A DNA stretch of 24,383 bases from positions 1 to 24,383 of IMG/VR virus record IMGVR_UViG_3300020042_001182. One strand, given 5' to 3'. Below are positions 1 to 6,765 of the stretch, piece by piece. Source of the stretch: a virus. Its lineage: Duplodnaviria > Caudoviricetes. Positions within the stretch are counted from its first letter, which is position 1. Each line of letters begins with the position of its first letter. The translations under genes and the position numbers were made by a program. The notes below the pieces were generated by a model. The model searched no databases. It was given only the letters and a program-made list of their open reading frames with translations, and was not told the DNA's origin.

Positions 1-10
1 CAACTTTTTG

Positions 11-29
11 TGCTAAACTTCTTGACATG
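11..29 (+). promoter_or_regulatory. Candidate extended -10 promoter giving a leaderless transcript
   Basis: TG-c-TAAACT at 11-19 matches TGnTAnnnT, lies 7 nt before ATG 27, and there is no Shine-Dalgarno in between. The -35 region would lie outside the window. Confidence 0.4.
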
Positions 30-305
30 AAAGAAAAAGATGTAGAAAATCATTTTGTCTGGGCGGTGGAGCGTATGGGCGGGGTGTCATACAAGTTCAC
101 CTCACCGGGGCGCAAGGGCGTGGCTGACAGGATAGCTTGCCTGCTTGACGGCAGCACTTGGTTCGTGGAACTCAAGACCAAAGGCGGTAGGTTATCAGAA
201 TTGCAAAAGCTGTTTGCGGCAGACATGGCGCGGCTCAACCAAAGGTATGTATGTCTATGGACGAAAGAACAAGTCGATAAGTGGATTAAGGAAAAATATG
301 AATAA
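27..305 (+). CDS. VRR-NUC domain nuclease (PD-(D/E)xK fold, Holliday-junction-resolvase-like)
   Basis: Motifs MKEKDVE, KFTSPGRKGVADRI and FVELKTKGGRLSELQ. It sits upstream of an SNF2 helicase, the usual phage arrangement. Confidence 0.9.
   Translation: MKEKDVENHFVWAVERMGGVSYKFTSPGRKGVADRIACLLDGSTWFVELKTKGGRLSELQKLFAADMARLNQRYVCLWTKEQVDKWIKEKYE
221..262 (+). repeat. 42-bp direct repeat, copy 1
   Basis: AGACATGGCGCGGCTCAACCAAAGGTATGTATGTCTATGGAC, identical to 528-569. Confidence 0.97.
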
Positions 306-528
306 GCAAGCTATACGGTACGCGGCAAATCAAGCTGGTTTTGCCGCGCCGATATCTAAAGAAATAATAGATAAACTTGAAATTTTTCTTGTTGAGTATT
401 TTAGGCTAGACGGTTTTCCGTATACCCCAGAAGAGTATGCAAAATGGGAGCAAGAAATCCGCGATGACGAGAGTAAAAAAAACCGAAAAGCCTTGTATAA
501 ATATTGTCAAGCGTGGAAATGCGATTAA
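298..528 (+). CDS. Hypothetical protein (76 aa, MNKQAIRY...QAWKCD), low-GC insert between the direct repeats
   Basis: ATG 298 is preceded by TAAGGA and overlaps the VRR-NUC stop. It is the 3' part of track ORF 145..528. Its stop TAA shares a base with repeat copy 2. Confidence 0.7.
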   Translation: MNKQAIRYAANQAGFAAPISKEIIDKLEIFLVEYFRLDGFPYTPEEYAKWEQEIRDDESKKNRKALYKYCQAWKCD

Positions 529-569
529 GACATGGCGCGGCTCAACCAAAGGTATGTATGTCTATGGAC
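528..569 (+). repeat. 42-bp direct repeat, copy 2 (orphaned VRR-NUC 3' end continuing to TGA at 607-609)
   Basis: Identical to 221-262. In the VRR-NUC frame it reads DMARLNQRYVCLWTKEQIDEIFTRNI*. Confidence 0.97.
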
Positions 570-583
570 CAAGGAGCAGATTG

Positions 584-775
584 ATGAAATCTTCACAAGA
601 AATATTTGACGCGGGGTACGCCATTCAGGTCTATGACCCCAGCCCCACGCATCGGGCATGGGTGTTTCGTAACGAACGCTTTACAACGCCAATGGATGTA
701 GAGCCGATAAATTTAGATGGAATATCTGTCTTACTAAAAGATGAAATTAAGACCCTACCAAGATCAGGCGGCTGA
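584..775 (+). CDS. Hypothetical protein (63 aa, MKSSQEIFDAGY...)
   Basis: ATG 584 with AAGGAG upstream (571-576). It is the 3' part of track ORF 437..775 and overlaps the helicase start. Confidence 0.6.
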   Translation: MKSSQEIFDAGYAIQVYDPSPTHRAWVFRNERFTTPMDVEPINLDGISVLLKDEIKTLPRSGG

Positions 776-2048
776 CTTCCTGTACGAGCGCGACAGGGCG
801 ATGATCCTCGCCCCTGTGGGCGCGGGCAAGACAGCCATCACGCTCACCACCATGCAGGCCATGCTCAAGGACGGGCACGTCAAGCGCTTCCTCGTGCTGG
901 CCCCCAAGCGCGTCTGCACCGACGTGTGGCCCATCGAGCAGCCCAAGTGGGCACCGGGCGTGACGCTGGCCGTGGCCGTGGGCACGCCCAAGCAGCGGGC
1001 TGCGGCCTTTGCGTCTAGCGCCCAGGTGGTGGTGACCAACTACGAGAACCTGCCCACGGGCAAGTTTGACGCGGTGGTGTTCGACGAACTGACGCGGCTC
1101 AAGAACCCCAGCGGCAAGCGCTTCAAAGACCTACTCAAATTCCTTGCGCCCATTGAGATTCGTTGGGGGCTGACCGGCTCGTTTACCAGCAACGGCCTAG
1201 AGGACGTGTTCGGCCAGTGCAAGATCGTTGACCAGAGTTTATTAGGCCGCAGCAAGGGTGCATTCCAGCAGCAGTATTTCGTGCTGATCAACCCAGACTT
1301 TGGTGAGTGGGCACCGCGCAAGGGCAGTTTAGAGAAGGTCATGGCCGTGATAAAGCCTGCCACTTTCGTGTTGGACGCGGGCGAGTATAGCGACAAGCTG
1401 GCCCCGCTCCATACGGTAGAAGTGCGCTGCGATCTGTACGACCGCAAGCCCTACGACACCATGAAGAAAGAATTCAAACTGCAAGACATCACGGCCATCA
1501 ACGCGGCTGTGGTGACCGGCAAGTTGCAGCAGCTTGCCAGCGGGTTTGTGTACAACACGGTGCAAAGTCCATCGGAGATACCTGGCAAGTGGGTGACAGT
1601 GCAAACGCCAGTGTGGTTTGACACGGCCAAGTTTGACCGGCTGCATGAGTTATTAGAGGAGAACCAACGTGCGAACACGCTCATCGTATACAACTACCAA
1701 GAAGAACTCGCGGAACTCAAACGACGCTACCCCCACGCCCAAACACTTGACGATGACCGTGCTATTGAGCGGTGGAACGCCGGTTCCATTGAGATGCTCT
1801 TGGTTCACCCTCGGTCCGCCGGTCACGGGCTTAACTTACAGCATGGGGGGCATCATGTTGTGTTTTTGTCATTGCCGTGGAGCCTGGAGTTATACGAGCA
1901 AACCGTTGGCCGTTTGCACCGCTCTGGGCAAGCCCATGATGTGTGGTGCTACGTCATGCTAACCAACAAGACGGTGGACGAACGCATCTGGGCGGCGCTG
2001 CATGACAAGCGCGCTATTTCTGATATTGCAATGGAGGAATTATGTTAG
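741..2048 (+). CDS. SNF2-family (superfamily 2) helicase
   Basis: Q motif LRPYQ, Walker A GAGKT, Ia LVLAPKRV, Walker B VVFDELT, III LTGS, V SAGHGLNLQ, VI QTVGRLHRSGQ. Confidence 0.93.
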   Translation: MKLRPYQDQAADFLYERDRAMILAPVGAGKTAITLTTMQAMLKDGHVKRFLVLAPKRVCTDVWPIEQPKWAPGVTLAVAVGTPKQRAAAFASSAQVVVTNYENLPTGKFDAVVFDELTRLKNPSGKRFKDLLKFLAPIEIRWGLTGSFTSNGLEDVFGQCKIVDQSLLGRSKGAFQQQYFVLINPDFGEWAPRKGSLEKVMAVIKPATFVLDAGEYSDKLAPLHTVEVRCDLYDRKPYDTMKKEFKLQDITAINAAVVTGKLQQLASGFVYNTVQSPSEIPGKWVTVQTPVWFDTAKFDRLHELLEENQRANTLIVYNYQEELAELKRRYPHAQTLDDDRAIERWNAGSIEMLLVHPRSAGHGLNLQHGGHHVVFLSLPWSLELYEQTVGRLHRSGQAHDVWCYVMLTNKTVDERIWAALHDKRAISDIAMEELC

Positions 2049-2200
2049 ACAAACTGAAAGCACAACTCAAAGCGGCCAAGGCCGAACTCAAGGCCCGCGC
2101 GCGCCAGTTAAACGCCACTTACCGGGCGTATGACCGTTGCGTCAACCTGATCACCAAACTGGAGACACGAATTGAAAAACACTTGGCGAAGTCTAAATGA
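2042..2200 (+). CDS. Small basic coiled-coil protein (52 aa, MLDKLKAQLKAAKAELKARARQ...), not in the ORF track
   Basis: Hand-translated. Strong GGAGG RBS before ATG 2042, overlaps the helicase stop, and fills the gap. Confidence 0.75.
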   Translation: MLDKLKAQLKAAKAELKARARQLNATYRAYDRCVNLITKLETRIEKHLAKSK

Positions 2201-2363
2201 CCGTCTGCCCACGCTGACCGAAGAGGAAGTGTTGGGTATGCTGAACAACGAGCGCCAGACGCTCAAAAGAGTATCCGTACTGGAGCGAATGCACCAGCGG
2301 TACAACACCCTGCGCGTCGCGCGGGAGAGACTTGAACTACTAAAAGAGGCTAAATTACCATGA
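2172..2363 (+). CDS. Hypothetical protein (63 aa)
   Basis: TTG start with GGAG upstream, and an ATGA overlap with the next gene. Confidence 0.7.
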   Translation: MKNTWRSLNDRLPTLTEEEVLGMLNNERQTLKRVSVLERMHQRYNTLRVARERLELLKEAKLP

Positions 2364-2551
2364 AACTATTCCAACTACTCAAAGAACCTTTTAAACGTCC
2401 AACGCCGTTGGAATTGATAGCGCAGCAACTCTCTGACGCGCATATCGAGTTGCTGACCGCAGAGCAGGGCGTTGACTATGCGGCCAGCATAGTGTCATAC
2501 AACAAGACAGTTATAGACCGTTTAAACAAACGTCTGGAGGAATACAAATGA
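2360..2551 (+). CDS. Hypothetical protein (63 aa, helical)
   Basis: GAGG RBS and ATGA overlaps at both ends. Confidence 0.75.
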   Translation: MKLFQLLKEPFKRPTPLELIAQQLSDAHIELLTAEQGVDYAASIVSYNKTVIDRLNKRLEEYK

Positions 2552-2772
2552 ACTGCTGTAATGCAAACGGGGTGTGCGACCAAGGCAAGGACTGCCCGGT
2601 ACGCAAGCAGCGTATCAAGGAAGTCAACGATGCCTATGCCAATGGTTACAACGACGCGCAATTAAACGACCCCTACACCGACACAATCGGCACGTTCAAA
2701 GCGCTGGTGATCGTGCTGGCAGTGTGCATAGGCGCGACGTTGCTGTTTTACTTTATGTGGGGGAAGGTATGA
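2548..2772 (+). CDS. Hypothetical protein with Cys-rich N-terminus and C-terminal transmembrane segment
   Basis: MNCCNANGVCDQGKDCP at the N-terminus, hydrophobic ALVIVLAVCIGATLLFYFMW at the C-terminus, GGAGG RBS. Confidence 0.75.
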   Translation: MNCCNANGVCDQGKDCPVRKQRIKEVNDAYANGYNDAQLNDPYTDTIGTFKALVIVLAVCIGATLLFYFMWGKV

Positions 2773-3164
2773 CAGGATTTAAAAGCAAAAAGACTGCGGC
2801 CCTCGACGAAGAGGGTATGTACCTTGTGCATCACACAGCGCAGGAGCCTGTGGAGGATGTCGTGTTGTATCACGATGATGGGACAAGGATTGTTCGTATT
2901 GCAGCAAAGCGCCCGTGGGTTGACCTAACGGATGAAGAAATTAGTGTTTTATCAAAAGGTCACATGACGCGAAACGGTTTTGCCCGTAACGTGCTTGCTA
3001 AATCAAAGGAGAAGAACAATGGAGAAGATGACGACATCCAAGTCTACAAACGCGAGTGGGTTGACTTAACGGAAGCTGAAATTGAGGCTATTGGAGAAAT
3101 AGCGTTTACCAAACAGTGGGCGATACGCATGGCACTGACCGCAGTGAAAAAGCGCAATGCGTAA
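2769..3164 (+). CDS. Hypothetical protein (131 aa) with two WVDLTxxEI modules
   Basis: The likely start is ATG 2769 (ATGA overlap), not 2574. Contains RPWVDLTDEEI and REWVDLTEAEI. Confidence 0.7.
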   Translation: MTGFKSKKTAALDEEGMYLVHHTAQEPVEDVVLYHDDGTRIVRIAAKRPWVDLTDEEISVLSKGHMTRNGFARNVLAKSKEKNNGEDDDIQVYKREWVDLTEAEIEAIGEIAFTKQWAIRMALTAVKKRNA

Positions 3165-3393
3165 GTCAAGCCACCATGCCGTGCGGGGCGCACTACACAA
3201 ACACCCAGACGGGCTGACAGTGTTTGAGTTGCACTACCGTTTTAACATTCATCAATCCACAATCAAGCGGGCGCTACAGAATATGCCCGACGCTTACATT
3301 GATCGGTGGGAGGCTTATAAAGGTTGTGGCCCAGTGCCCTGGCGCGCCGTTTGGTGCGTTGTTGTCCCACCCGAAAACTGCCCGATGCCATGA
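3157..3393 (+). CDS. Putative helix-turn-helix DNA-binding protein
   Basis: DGLTVFELHYRFNIHQSTIKRAL resembles an HTH. Overlaps both neighbours. Confidence 0.55.
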   Translation: MRKSSHHAVRGALHKHPDGLTVFELHYRFNIHQSTIKRALQNMPDAYIDRWEAYKGCGPVPWRAVWCVVVPPENCPMP

Positions 3394-3560
3394 ACGACAT
3401 ACCCAACTTTGCCGCTTGGTCCAACGAGAACTTGGCTAAATTTGCGCTTGAGGCTTATCTGCGCCTACAGGCCCAGCAAGAAGCCATTGAGCAACTGCGG
3501 GGCGATTTGAAGGACGCTATGCGGCTAGTACGGGCGAGTACCTTTGCTGTCGATAATTAG
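3390..3560 (+). CDS. Hypothetical coiled-coil protein (56 aa, MNDIPNFAAWSNENL...)
   Basis: ATG 3390 is in an ATGA overlap. It is the 3' part of track ORF 3324..3560 and the last + strand gene. Confidence 0.7.
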   Translation: MNDIPNFAAWSNENLAKFALEAYLRLQAQQEAIEQLRGDLKDAMRLVRASTFAVDN

Positions 3561-3944
3561 CACTTGGCCCCGAGGCTTGCCCTTGGGGTCGTTGGGCACC
3601 GAGATGTGCGTCCAGCGGTCAAACTCGCGGATCAACTGGTCAAAAGGCAGCTTGGCCGCTATTACCGCCTTGACTACCGCGTCGGGGGTGGTGCCAGGTA
3701 CGCGGATGTCCGCAGCGCAGCCCAGCCGATGCTGGCTTGTGTCTTTGGAACCAACGGCGTCATTTACTTGTTTGCTGCGAAACGCGCTGTTAACCATGAC
3801 CGGCTTGCCGCCGATAGCGACTTTAACTTGCTCCAGCAGTTCAGCCAAGCGCTGGAGATTTGCAATTTCATTAGGGTTAGGTTCATTTTTAAACTCCCGG
3901 TGATCGGTGGTAGTTAATTCTGCCAACGTAAAGTTGGGTGTCAT
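3525..3944 (-). CDS. Endolysin, peptidase M15A-type Zn peptidase
   Basis: NFTLAEL at the N-terminus, VNSAFRS, SQHRLGCAAD (H-x6-D), FDQLIRE, and WTHIS supplying the third Zn ligand. Confidence 0.9.
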   Translation of the reverse strand: MTPNFTLAELTTTDHREFKNEPNPNEIANLQRLAELLEQVKVAIGGKPVMVNSAFRSKQVNDAVGSKDTSQHRLGCAADIRVPGTTPDAVVKAVIAAKLPFDQLIREFDRWTHISVPNDPKGKPRGQVLIIDSKGTRPY

Positions 3945-4165
3945 TTAAGACTCTCCTCACCGTGGGACAGCTTCACCCCAGCTAGCAAGCCGATAAACCC
4001 GCCCACAATGGTCTGAAATGCTGGCGAGATAAGTTTGAAAATTTCGGCGTTGTCTACAAGGGGGTTGAACAGACCGGCCATCAGCACCCCGACCATTCCG
4101 ATGACAACCACGCACAAGGTGAAGCTGACCATCAGGGTCACAAAGAACGTCAATTTTGCTTTCAT
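3941..4165 (-). CDS. Two-transmembrane protein, holin/antiholin-like
   Basis: Two hydrophobic stretches. Lies between holin and endolysin with ATGA overlaps. Confidence 0.65.
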   Translation of the reverse strand: MKAKLTFFVTLMVSFTLCVVVIGMVGVLMAGLFNPLVDNAEIFKLISPAFQTIVGGFIGLLAGVKLSHGEESLK

Positions 4166-4569
4166 CTTGAAGCCTTATCTGCCAGCTTCTCCGCAGTCCT
4201 AAGACCGCCCAGACCAAGCATACCCAGCAGCAGTGGCATCATCGTGCCGGTGTCCATTTGCGGAAACTTTACGGGATGCCCTGCCAGCGCAGCGCCCCAC
4301 TCAGCTAATGGACCAACGACAAACTGGATGGCAAAACCTGCGCCGCACACCCAGCCAATGGCCGGACGCCAGCCAGAGACAAAGACGCTGGGATTTGCAG
4401 CCTCAACCTTGTTGATTTCCATTTGCCCTGCGATCAGGGCCAGTTCGCCAGACTGTTGCAGCTTCATCAACTCCAGTTTGGCGTTGGCCGCTTGGGCTGG
4501 GTCCGGCCATACTCGGTCAATTACTTTGCTGCCCACGTCCAGCAGCGCGGAAATAGGATCAAGGGCCAT
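4162..4569 (-). CDS. Holin, 3TM gene-transfer-agent-release type
   Basis: QMEINKVEA, FVSGWRPAIGWVC and LLGMLGLGGLRTAEK motifs. Confidence 0.85.
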   Translation of the reverse strand: MALDPISALLDVGSKVIDRVWPDPAQAANAKLELMKLQQSGELALIAGQMEINKVEAANPSVFVSGWRPAIGWVCGAGFAIQFVVGPLAEWGAALAGHPVKFPQMDTGTMMPLLLGMLGLGGLRTAEKLADKASR

Positions 4570-4596
4570 TGGGTGTTCCTTTGTTTGTGCGGATGT

Positions 4597-4650
4597 CTAC
4601 AATTCGCTCGATACCGTGACCAGCGCCAAAAATAGTAGGGCGCCGCGCAT
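4597..4650 (-). pseudogene. Signal-peptide-only stub (MRGALLFLALVTVSSEL*)
   Basis: Starts 3 nt after the upstream stop and has an n-region plus hydrophobic core but no mature domain. A second-frame tail runs into the holin start. Confidence 0.45.
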
Positions 4651-4653
4651 TAA

Positions 4654-4911
4654 TCATTCTGCATCTCGTGCTTCAATTTCGTAGGGATTGTTCCAGTATC
4701 CGTGGCGCATCGTCCAGTAGGCATACTTGATGCTAAAGTTAATGCGTCCATCGCGTTCGATTTGCTCCAAGTGCTTGGATTCGTGGCGAATCAAGCGTTC
4801 GTTGGTGATGTGTTCTGGAACCAAATAGATGTCTTTCCAAAAGCTAGTCCACCCGTCGAACTTGCAAGCACGCAAGTACCACAGGATCGGGCCTTTGGCT
4901 TCTTTAATCAT
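4654..4911 (-). CDS. Small HExxH metallopeptidase-like protein (DUF4157-like)
   Basis: LIRHESKHLEQ plus downstream YWNNPYEIEAR. Confidence 0.7.
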   Translation of the reverse strand: MIKEAKGPILWYLRACKFDGWTSFWKDIYLVPEHITNERLIRHESKHLEQIERDGRINFSIKYAYWTMRHGYWNNPYEIEARDAE

Positions 4912-5126
4912 TTGTCTACTTTGTGTTCCAGCCGGTCAAAAATCTTGCCCAGCATTTCCTTGACCTCGCGCATATCGTCTTTGTAGTCTTGACGGGCAAC
5001 GTAGATTGTGGGCAGCTTGGACAGGTCGGTTTTCAAGTCCTGCACTGCTGTCCACAACTCCCTAGCGAACCATCCGGCTACACCCATGCAGCCGCCCAAA
5101 ATGAGGTTAATTGTTTGTTGATCCAT
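4908..5126 (-). CDS. Membrane-anchored coiled-coil protein at the head of the lysis cassette
   Basis: N-terminal hydrophobic segment INLILGGCMGVAGWFA followed by a charged coiled coil. TAATG and ATGA overlaps. Confidence 0.7.
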   Translation of the reverse strand: MDQQTINLILGGCMGVAGWFARELWTAVQDLKTDLSKLPTIYVARQDYKDDMREVKEMLGKIFDRLEHKVDK

Positions 5127-6760
5127 TATTGGCCGCTTAAAAAGTTGAACTGTTCATTGCCGGTGTTCTGCGGGGCTAAATTATTTAAAATGCTACGAGC
5201 AGCAAATACTGGTACGTTAGCCCCCACACCTTCAATAACTGCGGGAGGTTGCCCAAGGCGCATTCGGCTAGAAAGCGCGTTTACTTGTTGCATACGTCGG
5301 GCCGTAGCAAGTTCTTTTGCCGCCATGCCCGCAGCAGCCGTATACGCGCCGTAGGGATTGACTGCGGTGAAGATGGCCGCTGCTGGGGTCATAGGAGAAA
5401 ATTTACCGATTGTTCGCATCATGCTCTGCAACGTTCCACCTTTAGCCGCCTCACGAATTGCTTCTTGTTCGTCCGCAGTAAAAAAACGCATTTTTTTATC
5501 ATTTTTTGCCAGTGCAGACAAGCCTTGTGCAATTGATGGTTCTTTGCCTCCTTGAGACACTTCAGCACGGGCCACAATGTCTTCAATCAACTCTGACTTT
5601 TTAACTTTGGCGTAATCGGCTCGGGCAGCTTTCCATGCAGACATTGCTTTAGCATCGCCGCTAATAATGGCGCTTGGCGGCGCGTTTAATACGTAACTGT
5701 CAAATTCATCAAGCAACTTCATAGCCACCATGCGTTCGGATTTATCAGCGCTCCCCGCCGCACCACCAATAATTTTTCTGAGTGCTGTAATTTCAGCTAC
5801 ATCTTTAGGTGTGTCCAACAAAATTTCTTTAAACGCCCCCGCCACTTTTGGGTTTACCGATTCGACGTAGCCAACTTGAGATCGAAGTTTGGCGGGGAGA
5901 GAAGCCATGTGCTGCTTGAACAACGTGTTGTCAAGCTGAAAACCTGACTTGTCTAAAATTTCATAGTTGGCTTTGGACTGAGCCAACAGTTCTTCTGCTG
6001 TTGGCACCGCACCGCGTTTAGTGGGCCGCAAACCCAGCACCGACCCCGTGGCTACGCCAGCCGCAAGACCCGCCAAAGGGCTGTCGGTTGCTTCGGCTAC
6101 GCCTTGTCCGGTTGCGGTGGCGATAGGCGCTGCAACTAACTGGCCTATTGGACGACGAGCGGCCTCTTGGCCTATGGCTAGGGTGCTTTGAGCAACGGGC
6201 GACTGTAAGCCCGGTGCAGACCTTGCAGCGTCAATAATCGCGCGGCCACCGCCTACAGAACCTAGCGTGCCGCCCAATGCGCCAGCGCTGCTTTGCACAA
6301 CCCGCTCAACCGGCGTTTCTGCACGAGGGCCTGGAAGCATACTAGATATAACTTGCGATGGCAGGCGCACATTGCTATCCGCAAGCCGGTTATAACCCAT
6401 GACCAACGCATCGGTAACAGGTACTGCTAGGCCACCGGCCAAAGCGCCTATGGGGGCTCCAAGACCTGTAGGAGCGCCAAGCAATGCACCAGCAGTTGCA
6501 CCAGCAGCCGCGCCAGCCGTAACTGGTGCAAGTGCCTCAGTAACCCCACGCATACCTACGCGAACTTTACGCACGGCTTCCTCGCCCATTGATAAAGCGG
6601 GCGCAAGGTATTGGAGGATTTCAGCAGGCTTATAACCTTCATCTAACGCTTGCTTAACTTTATTGTTTGGGTTTCCCCCAATTAGGTACCCTGCAATTTC
6701 CTCATCAGAATAACCTGCACGACGGGCGGTATTAACTTGATCGCGGAATTGATCGGCCAT
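5126..6760 (-). CDS. Putative DNA ejection / internal virion protein (third of three)
   Basis: 544 aa, Ala/Gly-rich hydrophobic helices, no Cys. Position matches P22 gp16. Confidence 0.6.
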   Translation of the reverse strand: MADQFRDQVNTARRAGYSDEEIAGYLIGGNPNNKVKQALDEGYKPAEILQYLAPALSMGEEAVRKVRVGMRGVTEALAPVTAGAAAGATAGALLGAPTGLGAPIGALAGGLAVPVTDALVMGYNRLADSNVRLPSQVISSMLPGPRAETPVERVVQSSAGALGGTLGSVGGGRAIIDAARSAPGLQSPVAQSTLAIGQEAARRPIGQLVAAPIATATGQGVAEATDSPLAGLAAGVATGSVLGLRPTKRGAVPTAEELLAQSKANYEILDKSGFQLDNTLFKQHMASLPAKLRSQVGYVESVNPKVAGAFKEILLDTPKDVAEITALRKIIGGAAGSADKSERMVAMKLLDEFDSYVLNAPPSAIISGDAKAMSAWKAARADYAKVKKSELIEDIVARAEVSQGGKEPSIAQGLSALAKNDKKMRFFTADEQEAIREAAKGGTLQSMMRTIGKFSPMTPAAAIFTAVNPYGAYTAAAGMAAKELATARRMQQVNALSSRMRLGQPPAVIEGVGANVPVFAARSILNNLAPQNTGNEQFNFLSGQ

Positions 6761-6765
6761 AGCTA

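Noticed and set aside
22-50. Perfect TTGACA at 22-27 as a -35 box
   Set aside because: There is no good -10 hexamer 16-18 nt downstream, and it would fire inside the VRR-NUC gene.
221-569. 42-bp repeat as a CRISPR array, DGR TR/VR pair or prophage att site
   Set aside because: There are only two copies, 307 bp apart, with no adenine-specific mismatches. No cas, reverse transcriptase or integrase gene is visible in the window.
145-775. Track ORFs 145..528 and 437..775 sharing the peptide TWRGSTKGMYVYG
   Set aside because: The shared peptide is the 42-bp repeat read out of frame. The likely starts are ATG 298 and ATG 584, each with an RBS.
2574-2768. N-terminal extension of track ORF 2574..3164
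   Set aside because: It overlaps the better-supported 2548..2772 gene. ATG 2769 in an ATGA overlap is the more plausible start.
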